From NCBI GenBank assembly GCA_053919585.1, contig CM132825.1: a stretch of DNA of 64,000 bases; one strand, written 5' to 3'. This DNA comes from Euprymna scolopes (taxonomy: Eukaryota). The notes below the pieces were generated by a model. It had not been told where the DNA came from, ran no database searches, and saw nothing but the letters and a program-made list of their open reading frames with translations. Both the position numbers and the translations under genes were made by a program. This document shows positions 39,170 to 53,000 of this stretch, one piece after another. Within the stretch, counting starts at the first letter, position 1; every line of letters starts with the position of its first letter.

Positions 39170-41987
39170 GGTGTAGCGATCTCAACTAAAACTGGCATTG
39201 GATGGACTATTTCCCTAGATGAGTTTGTAATTAAAAGATACTCTAACTTTCAAATCTAACCCCCAAGATCGCCACGGGCATAAATATGTGCTGATATAAA
39301 AGATGGCTTTTCACGTGGTAGGGACATCTCCAGAGAAGATCCTAACTTACCCTATATGTGCTTCCGGATTGCACTTGCTCAAACTACTGCGTTTATATTT
39401 GCTCTCTATCACCCCCACAACAGCAGAGTTACTATTTTTAAAAGCATATCTGAGAAAATTGACCACATCCTATCTGCTTATCCTTCAGCTAATATTCATG
39501 TCTGTGGAGACTTTAATGTTCACAATGTGGAATGATTAACTCACTTGATGAGGGGAGATTCTGTCATGATTTCTCCATTGCTTATGACCTCACTCAGATT
39601 GTTCACGAACCCACCCATGTGCCCAATACTGACAGCCAGTATGCAAGTCTCCTAGACTTTTTTCTCACAACTTGCCCTGAACTGTGTTCAGCTTCCATTG
39701 TGTCTCCACTTGAATCTTCCGACCACTCTGTTGTATCAGTTAAGATAAAAATGAAATGTAATAAGTCCTCAGATGTACCTCTCCATCGTACAGTATATCG
39801 ATACTTTATGGTTGACTGGGATAGCTTCCGTACATTTATATCAGATCTATCTCTGCATTCCATGTTTAAAAAGGATGTGTCCTCCATAGTATTGGACCTG
39901 ATGGAATGATTAATTGTAGGTATAGACCGTTTCATACCCTTGAAAAATTCCAACAAAAACCTGACAGCCAGCTGTGGTTCTCTCCAGAATGTGCTGCTGC
40001 CATTGCACACAGGAATCACTTTTTCCATTGCTTCCAACGTAATAGATGTACTGAGACTAAAGCCGCTTTCAGGATTGCCAGCAACCACTGTAAAAAAGTA
40101 ATAAAGAACGCAAGAGAGTTGTATGCTCAGTCCGTCAAGTCCAAAGTAGCTGAGCAGCGACTTGGTACCCACCAGTTTTGGCAAATAGCAAACAGAAGCA
40201 TGTGTTCTATCCCAACTATCATAAATAGACCTGAGGTAATCTCGTCAGTATCATACAAAGTCAAACTCTTTGCCAAGAACTTTGTGGTTAATTCTAACCT
40301 TTGCGACCAAGGCCGCCAATCTCCAATATTTCCTCCTGTATCAGAAAACACGCTATGTGATATACAAATATCTGTACATGATGTTGCCAGTAAAGCAACC
40401 GGCCCTGACGGTATTCCAATTATAGTACTCAAAAGACTTCAACCAGAACTAGTGCCCATACTTACAAAACTGTTTAAACGTTGTCTTAAGGAGAATTGCT
40501 TCCCATTACCCTGGAATATCTCATCAGTATGCCCTGTATTTAAGAATTTAGGTGATCGCTCATCTCCCTCTCAGTAAAGGCCAATAAGTCTCTTGTGTGT
40601 CATGAATAAGTTGCTGGAATCTGTGTTAAATAGAGAAGTAATCAACCATCTCAGAAAAAATAACCTTCTTAGTGACACGCAATATGGTGTCCATTCTGCT
40701 AGATCTACAGGAGATGTGCTTAGATTTATATCTCATAGGATTAGCAAATCTCTCGATGGAGGCTACCCTTCTAGGGCAATTGCTCTTGACATATCAAAGG
40801 CCTTTGATAGAGTATGGCATTAAGGTTTACTTCATAAGATCTTCTCAATTATTAAATCATTTCTCTCTGATAGGTTCATAAGAGTAGTAGTTGATAGACA
40901 GAAATCAGAAGCTCACAGTATTAATGCTGGAGTCCCTCAGGGGTCCATCCTGGGCCCAACTCTTTTCCTGATCTACATTAATGATCTTCCAAATCACATC
41001 CTTACATCATTCATAGACATTTATGCTGATAGCACTACTTTTTATGGTAGCAAATCTAAGACAGTAAACAACCAAGTTCTCTTTGATTCTCTCTCCTCTG
41101 ATCTTGAGCAAGTGGTACAATGGGGAAAGAGGTGGCTGGTTACTTTTAATGCATCTAAAATCAAGTTTTTATCTTTACATCATCAACGTTCTGATCCCCA
41201 TCTGGCATCAATTGAAATGAATGGCTCTCATCGTGGGGAGGCCTCATGCTTCCGGGCTTGACTTTTACACCTGATCTCAAATGGAGCACATACATTAAAT
41301 CCATTGCCAAGGTTGCTGGAAAATGATGGGATCTTTCTATCGATCCGGTAGATATTTCACTGCTGATGCAATTCTCTATCTATATAAGAGCCAGGTACAT
41401 CCAAGGATGGAATACTCTTGCCACATTTGGGTAGGAGCTGCTAGAAAGGGCTTATCCTGCCTTGATAGAGTTCAAAATAGACTTCGTAGCCTCATAGGGG
41501 ATGTCTTTTTCTCTTCCTTGCAACCTCTTTCTCACAGAAGAGATGTTGTGAGTTTGTCTCTACTTTATCGTTATATTCATGGCAAGTGCTCGACAGAGCT
41601 TCAATCTATGGTCCCCCCTCACCAAACTTTCACAAGAAATATTCGTCTAGCAGAAAACACTATCAATAATTTCCTCCACTCTTTATCCGTGTCTAAACCT
41701 AAACGTAGATTCAATGAACAAAGCTTCTTTCTCAGAACTGCAGGCCTACGGAATTGTTTTCCGTTTTCCTGCTTTCCAGCTGACTACAATATGGTTGTCT
41801 TCAAGTCTAATGTAAACAAGTTTTTGATGAGCCGTTCCGTATAAGTTGACAAATTTACCGAATTTTCATTACTAACAATTACTATATTATCCAATTGACT
41901 ACTATACACTCTTAACCCTTATCCTCGAGTGGCCTCTTGGCCTTGATAAGTGGTGACGCCTATGTAAAAAAAAAAAAAAAAAAAAAA
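39170..41987 (+). mobile_element. CR1/Jockey-group LINE (APE-RT ORF2), degenerate, with intact 3' tail and poly(A)
   Basis: CGDFNVH, SDH, KATGPDGIP, ALDISKAFDRVWH, GVPQGSILGPTLF, IYADS, LYKSQV.P.MEY.CHIW, LQPLSHRR motifs; tail aacccttatcctcgagtggcctcttggccttgataagtggtgacgcc plus A22. Confidence 0.93.
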
Positions 41988-42070
41988 CATAGGTCAAGGG
42001 CCAATCTCAATGACGTGGTTTTGTTGGACAAGAGGAACAGTGTCTCCGAAATTTATTGTTTTGTTTTATA

Positions 42071-42957
42071 CTAGCATTTTAGCCCAGCGTTGCCCGGGTG
42101 TTTAGAGGTGTATGTTGAGCAAAATAAAAAAAAAAAAATGGTAGTAGGAAGGCAGGCTCAAACCCGTACCACGAAGGAGGAAAAGAACGGGGAAAAACAT
42201 GATGTCTTTGCTGTTACGACCACCGTCAAACCGGAAATGACATAGGTTTAAATTAAGGCTGGACAATCGAAAAGAGCTCTCATCTTTCGAAAATATCAGC
42301 GAAAAAAGCGACCCCTTCTTGTTAAAAAGTGCCATTGAAGGTGAAGAAATTTATGTTTTTAGCCAATTTTTTGGTATTTGTCGTCTGAAGGGTCGCGCTT
42401 CAAAACGATACTGATCTTGTGAACATCTGTCACCTCTGTCGAAAGTTTTAGGCAGACATGCAAAAATACATACATAGATTTATATATTTATAGCTCAAAT
42501 TTTCGACCTGAACCGATTAAAAAGCTTGCCCTATCTCTGAATACCCTTTATGTAAAATTTCAAATGTTTAGACCAGAAATTGTCTGCGTAATTTGATAGA
42601 GACCGCTGAGGTCAATTTTTTGTAACTTTGACCCCTATTATGACCCTTTAACATTTATTGTTTTGGGCTCAAATCAAGTTATTAAGTTAGATCCATGTCC
42701 AAGGAATCTATATCTAAAATTTCAATTGTTTATACCCAAAATTCGCAGAGGAGTTTGGTAGAGTTCGCAAAGGTCAAATCGTTGAACTTTGACCCCTTAA
42801 CAGCCAAATTTCTGTCCGAAAACGGCTTACAAAGATTTTCCCAAATCTCAGTACCCTGTATATCAAATTTCCGAGTCAAAACTGAAAATTGACAGAATTA
42901 TTGCGTGGGGAAATGTACACAGACAGACAGACAGGTTCACTTTTATAGATATATAGA
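42071..42957 (-). mobile_element. Non-autonomous Helitron family A joined to part of a second Helitron family (related to 25711-26672)
   Basis: a|ctag..cccagcgttgcccggg end; 42071-42490 aligns to 9399-9845 and 42495-42957 aligns to the 25.9-26.67 kb element. Confidence 0.75.
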
Positions 42958-43486
42958 TTGAGAATTAGATGGACATGACTTTGCCCCTCTGCCAATAGAA
43001 TTTAATTCATAATTCTAGGTAATACATTATCGTTTCACGTTTCCAGTAATACTTACCTTTAAACCTGCCTTTTTTCCTTCTTTTTCATCGGTCCCAATTT
43101 CTCACTGTTACCCTGACAGGAGGAAATCCCTCCTCCCCTTTTGACAGATCTTCGTAATTATGTGTTTTATAAATATGTGCTGACCATAATTTCTCTATGC
43201 ATAATTGTTATCGAAATTTTAACCACGGGGAAGTGTCTTTTATCAGTTAATTAATCATCAATCCCCAACTCATCATCTCATCTACAGCGATGTGTGGTAC
43301 TTCTGTTTACTTGCCTCCAATTTTGTTATTTCGGTACTTTTCAAAGACTTATTTATTTTTATTTTTGCTTCAAATGATTACCCTCAGTGACTGGTGTTGA
43401 ATTCGATCTGCCATATTTCTTGTTTGTTTTTGTCATTTTAATAACAACTCTTTACTGTCTATTCACTTCAACATTTATTGTAAACG

Positions 43487-43832
43487 AGCTTGGATGCCCT
43501 GCGTTGCCCAGGTGTTTGGAGGTATGTGTTGAGCAAAAAAAAAAAAGTGATACTAGGCAGGCAGGCTCGAACCTGTACTGCAAAAGAGGAAAAGAACATG
43601 AAAAAAAAAAAAGTGACATCTTTGCTGTGGCGTCCATTACCAAACCAGAAGTAGCGAAGGTTTAAATTAAGGCTAGTTATTCAAAAAGAGAGGATGACTT
43701 TCGATAATATTAGTGAAAAAAGCGACCCCTCCTCATAGAAAAGTGGCCAGTTAAGGGTGAAGGAATTAATGTTTTTAGCCATTTTTTCAATATTTGTCAT
43801 CTGAAAGGTCGAGCTTCAAAATTATACCAATT
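43487..43832 (-). mobile_element. Helitron family A, partial
   Basis: Colinear with 9399-9760. Confidence 0.75.
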
Positions 43833-43989
43833 TCTTTGAGAAAAAAAGCCGCACTTTCAGATACAAAAAAGGCCATTTTGCAAACTCAGACCTTAGTGCT
43901 TGGGTTTTAGGGACAAGAACTTACAATATTGCAGTAATGAATAACTATAGCCAATGAAGAAGACCATACAGACCAGTCAATCTTGAGGT

Positions 43990-44790
43990 ATGATCTTATA
44001 GTGACAAACAAGATCATTCCGCTGTGACTCTCCCAGTTAGGATCGGGACAAATATTTTATAGTCTACTTTTACCGTGATTCGCCGGAATTATTTCATTTT
44101 GGCATTATGTGCGTTCACCTTCCCCCTATGACTCAAATACTGCAAAAATAATGAACAGCCCTTTCCAACTCACTTTTGATTATAATGACAATTTCATTGG
44201 CTACTCAGACATAAACCTTCATTCTAGAATGTGCCTTTAGCAAACACTACATAATGACTTCATTTACAGTAAACATGGCTGTCAGCACGTCCATTAGTTA
44301 TCCATTTCGGTCTATTAAAAATGCTGTGTAACGACTGAGTTAACAGCATTTTCATGACATCTTATGAAGTATTTGCTCCAGTATTAACTGGGAGAGTCAC
44401 AGTAGAAAATAATAAGTGTGGGAATTGTCCTCCTACTATGGTTGAAAAGAAATATTGAAAAACATGTTAGTTATGAATAAAAAATGTTTATCGAGAAATA
44501 TTTTTCTAATTCCTGAAAGCATTGTACTAAAGCAGGAATCCTTTTCGATTGAAAGAATGTTTATGTCTGAGTAGCCAATGAAATTGGCCTTGTAGGTAGA
44601 AGTGAATTGGGAAGGGATCAGTCATTAGTTTTGCAGCAAGTAAGTCATAGATGAAAAGGAAAGCCACGTAATGACAAAAGCGAAATAATTACAGTGAATC
44701 ACAGCGAGCACAGAGTATGAAATAATTGCACCAGTCCTAACTTGGAGAGTCACAGTAGAAAATATTAAGTGGGTGAGTTATCCTCCTACC
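43990..44790. mobile_element. Fold-back element with ~220-bp imperfect arms
   Basis: ctgtgactctcccagttagga..ggctactcagacataaac versus gtttatgtctgagtagcc..tcctaacttggagagtcacag. Confidence 0.7.
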
Positions 44791-45505
44791 AAGGTTTGTT
44801 ATGATTTGTTTTAAATAGTTACTCTTTTCAGAAATAATGTAGCAATTTATGATAGCAGATGGAATTGAACAATAACCAGAAAACATGCATTGAGTATTAG
44901 AATGGAGTGTGACTGTTTTTGATTTTTGTGTGGATGCAATGTTTGTAAAGCTATATTGTAATTTTAAAAAAGGGAAAAAAATGTTCCTATTTTATTATAT
45001 ATACAGAGATCACTAATTGTTGGCTGTCTAAGTAAGGAACAAGAATAATAAATAAACCCAGGTTTGAATTTAGACAAACTTAAGTTTAGCATGTACGTTT
45101 ACATACTTATCTTTTTGATTTGGCATTTATATTACTCGTTTACGTATGTTTTTTTTTTTTTTTTCAAAAGGGATTCTAACCAAGATGGGGCGGACGTAGC
45201 TAACGTCAAATCACGTAGCAACCATCTTGGTACTTCTTTGTTATCATAGCGAAATCAGACAGATTTATGTGAATGAAAACATATTTTAATTAATCACGAG
45301 AATGATGGAAGATGATAATGAAAAGCAGGCCTTTGTTAATTTCACTTTTATGAAGATTTTGGGAAAAAGGGAAAAGCTGATGTTATGATAATAAGTAATG
45401 AAATTTATCAGGGAGTGTTGTTATGTAAACAGAATCTCCTCAGTGGCTGGTCATGAGTGGCAGATGAGCCATCTGTCTTGCATAAGCCACAAAACAAAGA
45501 TAACT

Positions 45506-45910
45506 TCTATAATATAGATCTCACCTGTCTGTTTAAATGTATGTATGTATATCTGCCTAAAACTTTTAACAGAGGCAACAGATTTTCACGAGATTGGTAT
45601 CATTTTGAAGCTCGTCCCTTCAGATGACAAATATTGAAAAATTGGCTAAAAACATTAATTCCTTCACCCTTAACTGGCCACTTTTCTACGAGGAGGGGTC
45701 GGTTTTTTCACTAATATTTTCGAAAGTCATCCTCTCTTTTTGAATAACTAGCCTTAATTTAAACCTTCGCTACTTCCGGTTTGGTAATGGACGCTAAAGC
45801 AAAGATGTCACTTTTTTTTTTTCATGTGCTTTTCCTCTTTTGCAGTACAGGTTCGAGCCTGCCTGCCTACTACTAATTTTTTTTTTTTTGCTTAACACAT
45901 ACCTCCAAAT
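45506..45910 (+). mobile_element. Helitron family A, 3'-truncated
   Basis: Starts TCTATAATATAG; reverse complement of the 9430-9845 sequence. Confidence 0.75.
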
Positions 45911-45914
45911 AATA

Positions 45915-46530
45915 GTTAATAGTGCATGACAGCTCAGCATCATCAGGAACATTAACTTCAACCAAGGTTGCTTCTTCTTCCTTATCCCATGTCACTTTGT
46001 CAGACTTAATAGCTCTTTTCTATGTACGTAGTTGTCAAAATTGCTTAGTCATAATGGATAGTATATGACTCATTATGGATGGGGCATCCTATCAGATACC
46101 AGACATTCATCTTCTATCTAATACAAGAAATCTTGTTAAGATTTTAACCGTCTCTTCAAGTACAATTACTTATATCTCTATTGCACTTGGTTCACCAGAT
46201 ATATCTGCCAGGTGATTTTTAAAATTCTTTTTCACGAGTCTAGATGCTCCGAGAATTACTGGAATGACAAAGATCTTCCTAAGATTCCAATTTCTTTTCA
46301 TGTCATACATAAGACCTTGGTATTTTGTTATCTTTTCCCTCTCAGCTTTGTTTAACTTAGCAATCATTGGGAACACTAACTTCTACTAAGGTTGCTTCTT
46401 TCTCCTTCTTATCCCATGTCACTATGTCAGATTTAATAGCTCTGTTTTCTAGGTGCGTTACTGTAAGAATTGCATAATCATAGTGGATGGTGTATGACTT
46501 ATTACCAACTGTTGTTTCTGGTGTATTTTC
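45915..46530 (-). mobile_element. Restriction-like endonuclease (R4/Dong/NeSL-type) LINE C-terminal fragments in tandem
   Basis: IK(S)DIVTWDK..KEATLVEVSVP followed by EREKITKYQGLMYDMKRNW...VIPVILGA, the RLE PD..E..K.Y signature; 45950-46075 duplicates 46376-46505. Confidence 0.7.
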
Positions 46531-46547
46531 CTAGGACTTGCAGACGG

Positions 46548-47140
46548 CTAAGGGTTCAAATAGCGAAGAAGCCACTATATAGACATTTAGAAAAATGACA
46601 GACAATAACATGTCATATACATATGAACACTACACCACTATGAAACATAGCGTCCTTACTGTCTAAGCTATTGACAGATGGCTATGAAATGTTAAAAATT
46701 AAGTGATTTTGAGCTATGAATGTTTAATTTTACGCATACACATAACTAACAGCAGGTGTAATGTCTTATTCGACTTTTTATTTTTCTCTCTTCAAATTAG
46801 TATTCTATTAGTTTTAATAGTATTAGCTTTCAGGAGGTAATTTTTTTTTTTGTTTTCCTAACTAAGTGTGAGATCTATTTTTCTTTTGGTTAACATCCAT
46901 CGTGTTACATTTCAGTGTGTCCATTGCGATATGATCAATCAGGGTTATTATTTATTTGAGAACTGGCTTCTTTAATGTGTGTCCATTAATTATTTATTGA
47001 TTTTTATGTTTTCTGATTAGATGATTGGTTCTATTTTATTATTATGCTGAATTCTATTTATGCATAGTTTCTACATTCTGCATAATTGCGTAGAATTTAA
47101 GATGAAAACGTTTTAGCACATAAGAATATTTTTATACATA

Positions 47141-47171
<31 letters not shown>

Positions 47172-48350
47172 GTATATAAATATTAGTGATTCCAATATTT
47201 TCCCGATTCCGATACAATTACCGATTCCGATTCTTTATAAATCTCTAAATATTTAATTATGGAGTTGTGATTTTCCCTGATTTTTGTAAAAAAAAACACG
47301 TTAAATATGCAGATATTTTCCTAAACGTAAATTTACACTTGTGAAGGATGATCGATCGATTTTAGCTTTACTTGTATTTTAAAATCAATGAATATTCAGT
47401 GAAAAGTAGTTACACACTTTAGAAGACATTTATTTTGAATAGAATTTAAAGATAAATTAATTAGAAACCTTTAAATGTCATGAAATGATAAAATCAATTT
47501 TAATTTGTTGTGTTTCATTCCAATATTTCATTAAAAATTAGCCTCATCAGGGTTTTAAGTCCAGTCTGTATTTTTTTTTTTTTCATTTTGTTGTTATGAG
47601 AAGAAGGTAAATCTTGGAGAAGAAAAATTGAAATGTACGTGCTGTCAGTTATTTTAATGTGTGCGTTGCTCCGTTTTTTTTTTTTACCGAAATATTGGAA
47701 TGAAACACCAACAAAGTAAATGAAAATGATTTAATCATTTCATGACATTTAAAGTTTTCTAATTTATCTTTAAAATCAATAAATATTTATTATTTTATCA
47801 TTGTTACCGGCAATGGAAGGTTTTACTTTAAATAAAATCAAATAAAAAAAGACAATTAAAAGAATCGTTTTGGCATCGGAAAATAGGCATCAATTTTTTT
47901 TATTCCGATACAGATACTCTTAAATTTGTTGATTTTTCTGATTCTGATTAATCGGCCAGACACTAATATATATAAGTGACCTTGTTGGTGTGTGTAGGAA
48001 AAGTCTCTGAATATTTAGTCTACAAGGTTTTATATACAGAGTATAAGAACCTGTAGCACACTTTTAATTTGACTTTTAGTTGGCAAAAATTGCTGCTAAG
48101 GGGTCAAAATTGAAAATAAAACAGTTGACCTTGGCAAGTTAAGTCGAATAAAACATTACATCTGCTGTTATTCTTGTGCATGTGTAAAATTAAGCATTCA
48201 TAGCTCAAAATCACTTAATTTTTAACATTTCATATACATCTGTCAATAACTCAGACAGTAAGGACGCTATGTTTCATGGGGGGGGGGTAACATATATATG
48301 TCGTGTTACTAAATGTCTACTGTGGGGTTCTTCACTATCTGAACCCCAAG
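46548..48350. mobile_element. Fold-back element with ~225-bp TIRs containing nested MITEs (47184-47965 and 47446-47773)
   Basis: catagcgtccttactgtct..aaattaagtgattttgagctatgaatg..ttattcgactt versus the reverse complement at 48141-48350. Confidence 0.75.
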
Positions 48351-48659
48351 GTATCGTGTTGGTTTAGGGTTATCGTGTTGCAGTCTATTTATGTCCCGTG
48401 ATCGTCCAAATGTGTTGCATGCGTGTGTGTCAAGCATAACATAAACACATACATGTATTTCGACATACCTCATCAATTTTTAAACTGTGCCGCTGACCTT
48501 TTGGTCCACCTGGGAATTCATCTGTTCTTGGATGGAACCTGGAATCTGTGGATGAATGCATTTCAACTTCAAGACAATGATTGATTTTATATTACTTTCC
48601 AGGTGACAATCACAGAATAATGGAAAGTGAATATCTTTGCTTGAGTGCTTAATTCTACG

Positions 48660-48970
48660 TCTCCATTCTGAGACATGTCAGCTGGTAAGCCGTCGAAAGC
48701 AGTGCATAGGGAGCTGCACATTTTTTCTGATGTGTCCACGAAAGCCGTAGCAGCAATTGCCTACCTTAAAACTATTGACTGTGAAGGTAACACCCAACAT
48801 TTCTTTCTTCCGCAAACAAAACTTGTGGAACAGCTGACTGCAGCTTAGTTGAACCTGATTGAAACACTGAAATTCGACTACAAGTTTCTACGCTTCTCCA
48901 CAAAAAAGTGACTTGGATCCGAGGATTTTGAAAAGTTCTCTACCTAGTCATTCCTTACTCGAGCACATGT
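48660..48970 (+). mobile_element. BEL/Pao LTR retrotransposon RNase H fragment
   Basis: HRELHIFSDVSTKAVAAIAYLK and FEKFST*SFLTRA motifs. Confidence 0.7.
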
Positions 48971-50059
48971 GTTTTCTCTAGTGCGGACACGCTTGTCAGA
49001 AAAGTGGAGGTAAAGGTGTTCAGGAAAGATAGTATTAGGTGCCTACTTAGACTCATTACAACAATCGTCCCTCTCATACCCTAACATTGATCATATTCAA
49101 ATTCGTACCATTATAGACCTTCCTCATCACAGTTTCAGTGATATGAAGGACGTCAGGCAGAGAGTGTCATCACTCACATTCCTTTTTACTGCTCTCTTTC
49201 TTTGGAGGGGACAACCTGTGACCCTTCACCACTGACACCACTGCTTTTCTTTTTCCTTTCTATGGGGTCTTAGCTGCTACTGCCTCAATATTTCTTTCCT
49301 CGATGTTGGACCTTCGCTGTCAGTTTTCCTTTCTCCCATCTCCTCATTGAGACTTTAATTTTCTTTCCTTACTTTTCTATTTTGTTCTCTGGACTTCTTC
49401 AATTCTCCTGTATAGTTTTAAGCATTTATTGCATTCCCTTCCACCTCGCGCTAATTCTGTATTTGCTCTTTCTGTTTTCAGTTTTTACCTTCTCCAATTT
49501 CAATTAACTTGTTGATTTAACGATTAACCGTCTCCAGAGTTTTGGTTTCGGAGAGGTGTTTATACTTTCCGTCGTCAGACTTCAAACACACTCTAGACAA
49601 CGGAGCACGTGGTCTTTATGAGACGGAACAGTATTAGTTGGTGAGCTGTAAAGCTATATATAAGTATAAAGACCTCTGGAATTTATAAAGCATTCATTGA
49701 TTCGTGAGTTGTTGCCTCCCTTGAATATTTAAGGAATGCATGGATTGGCCAACCAGTACTTGTGGAGTATAATGAGATTCAAGTAGTATATTCTGAGTAT
49801 TATTACGTATTTGTGTGTCTGAGTATAAATATTATTATGTATTTGTGTGTAATGTCGAAATTATTAAAAAATTACAGAAAATGATTAACTAAGAGATCTA
49901 GTAAAACTTTTTTTAATAACAAAAAAAAACAAAAAAAAAACAAAGAAGATAGGAGTCTGTAATTTTTTTTAATTTGAAATAGCAGATTACAAATATTTTG
50001 TCAAAATTATAGATTGCAGTTACCTTCCCTGATTTTTAAGAATTCTCCAACAAGGGCAA

Positions 50060-53000
50060 GAGAAGGACTTGGGTGCAGAACTGCTAGGATGCCTCTTCAG
50101 CCAGTACGGTAAAGTGGAATAGGTGACCCCAGGACGGTCAAAAACTGGGACTCACCAGGACTGCTACACAATAGCAATGAGACTGAAGAGGGAGGGTGTT
50201 CGGGCGATACCAGCGCTGCTGACATACAAGGATGACAGCATGACGGTAATGGTGGAGGGCCACCATCTGCACTGCTGGTTCTGCCAAAAGCCCTAATCAA
50301 ACAACCCAAAAGGTGGTCACAACCCCTGAGACAGCGCCCGCGCCAAAGCAGGCGGCAACAACCCCTGTAACCGTGGCAACAACCCCAGCTCCAAGGAAAA
50401 CCCAGGGGGCCAAAGAGGAGGTATAGAGCACAGTAGTGAGACAAAAATGGAAGCCCATAATCCCTTCCGCCACCGTCCCACCACCAGCCCCAAAATCGAG
50501 GCAGCAAATGCAGCAACAACAACAGCCACTGCAGCCGATGCCGCGGAAACAGTTGCAGCAACAACTACCGCAGCAGCAAGTGTGGCAGCAGAAGCAGAAA
50601 CGACACCAGCGAGAGCAGCAGCAACAAAAACAGCCGCAGCAGCAACTAGAGGAGCAGACACAACCAACGGTCCCCACACCAATTGATACGGGGATCAAGC
50701 GGAGAAAAGACTGCTTCTCTGAGGATGAATCTGCAAGTGAGAGGGAGAAGAACTCAACCTCACCTTGGTTCGTTCAAAAGAATTTAAAAAAATAAATAAA
50801 AGAAGAAAAGGGGAAGAAAAGGTGGCCCCCACTCCCTGTGAACATATACCATCCCTTAACAACAAAATCCACTTCAGACACCAAACCAGACACCACACCA
50901 ACAACAAATATGGCACCAACACCAGACAAACACCAGGCACCACACAAACACCTGTCCCCATACCAATGACAACTGAGCGCCCCCCCCCCAAAAAAAAGGA
51001 AAAGAATGAACCAAGGGAAGGGAGAGACTACACTGCCTCTCGCAGACCAACCAAATTAAAAGCCCTTGGCCCCAAGGAACTATGTTATGTAGACCCTCAA
51101 TCTGTGGTAACAGACATTTCCCATCGGCAGAGGAAAAACTTAAAACCCCTGCTCGATTACAAACAGATAGAGGGGAAAGATGTAAATATCCCCTCAAATT
51201 TCCCGGACGCCCGCTCCTAATAAATTTTGTCAGAACTCCAGAGGCCTGCAAGACCAACTTGTGGACAAGGCTGCAGACCGCTGGAGGGGCGTTTCTGGGA
51301 AGCGAACTGGTTAAGAAAAATGACCCTTCTCTTGATGAACTGTTAAAAAAATCCAAGGGAAGGGTCCCAGTGTTGGTCCATCCATCATTCTACAGGGCCA
51401 TGAAATTAATTTATCCTTTGGACGTCGGCAGCATTGCAAGAGAAGGTCAGGATATGAAAAACCTGACCACCTTAAGTATGGCACATAACATTGGTGTCCT
51501 CTCCCCGGCTGACTTTTGAGCTGAGTGTGACACACCCTAAAGTAGATACCATGGTTTTGAATTTGGCTAGTTTGAATGCGAGGGGCTTGAGATCACCAGG
51601 TCGGATGGCTCGCCTCCGGCACAACCTCTTGTCCCTGGGAGTGGATGTGGCTGCGATTCAGGAAATGCATTTTGTTTCCTCTGTGGACCGTAAGTTGCTG
51701 GCCCGAGATTTTGAGGTTTTCTCAGCATATGGCACCCTGCGGGGGAAGGGAGTTTCCGTGCTGGTTAAACATACCCTGTCGGTGACGGTCGATATTGTTC
51801 ATAGGAATGCGATGGGCAGGCTAGTTGTGGCCGATGTTACTGTAAAAGATTCTGTGTTTTGAGTGATCGCAGTTCATGCGCCCAGCACCGCTCGTGAGAA
51901 GGTCTCATTCTTCAGTCAGCTTGACGCGTTTGTAGATTGTCGGAAGCGGGTAGTGCTAATGGGGGATTGGAACGCCATCTTAGACCCCGAGATAGATAAG
52001 GTAGGTGGCAGTGCTAGAGGATCAGAGACGTGCGAGTCCAGCCTGGCTGTCTGATGGCTAGATGCGGTCTGGTTGACAGGTTTCGGGTTGAACATCCGGG
52101 GCAGGAGATGTGAACGTGGACCAATAGCATTTCCTCCTATCCAAACACTTACTTGGACAGGATGTTAGTTAGGAGAGGCGAAGTAGACTTCTTATCTTGT
52201 CCCACATTCACTTGGCTAGGCCAGACAGACGATAAACTAGTTATGGCCCAGCTGAAGCTAGGAAATAGGTCTAAGTTAGTGGCTCACTGGAAGTTAAACA
52301 CCTCACTTCTGGAGATACAAGACTTCCAAGAGAAGCTACTAGAATTAATTCAAAAAGCAGTAGTGGGGGCGGTTACTGGGAGTAAGTGGTGGGTAGGTCT
52401 AAAAGCCAAAATTAGAATCTTCTCCGTCAAGTATGCCCAGCTCCTCACACTATATAAAGCCAAGACGAAGAGGAAGCTACAGCAGAAACTAGCCCGGGCT
52501 GCAGGAAGGGTGATAGGGTTAGTCAGGAACTAGCTAAGCAGGACCTTTTGTGTGAGAATAGCGAGCGTTATGAAGATCAAGTAGTCATAGCTAGGCTTAG
52601 AAAGGTAAGCAATGAAGCAGTCAACTCCAACACTGACGTGCGTCGTGAAATTTCTAGGCGTGGCTCAGACAAGTACATTGCAAAGGTAAGACATCCGGAT
52701 GGACGCACCCTGGAATTGACTCGGGAGATTTGCGAGGGGTTTCAAGAAGCGTTTTACGCAGCAGCCCAGTCTTCTCCCCAGCTACAACAGCTCGTTGCGA
52801 GGGCCGGGTGACGGAGCGGGAGGTTTTTACTGCGCTGAAGCAAGTCAGCTGTGACAGATCGCCGGGACTCGATGGTCTGCCATACAAACTGTATTTGAGG
52901 CTGTCGCCCATGTTTCTGCCTCTTTAGACAGATGTGTTCAACCATTGGTTTGCTCAGGGATCCATCCCAGAGCAAGTCACCAAGGGACTGAACACATTGC

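Noticed and set aside
45171-45229. Candidate exon after a poly-T/AG acceptor
   Set aside because: Bounded by the inverted repeat accaagatgg/ccatcttggt typical of transposon scraps; no recognisable protein motif.
50297-50795. Gln-rich, Ala/Thr-rich and Cys-rich (metallothionein-looking) ORFs in several frames
   Set aside because: They are alternative readings of the (GCA)n-rich low-complexity linker inside Tx1 ORF1, not independent genes.
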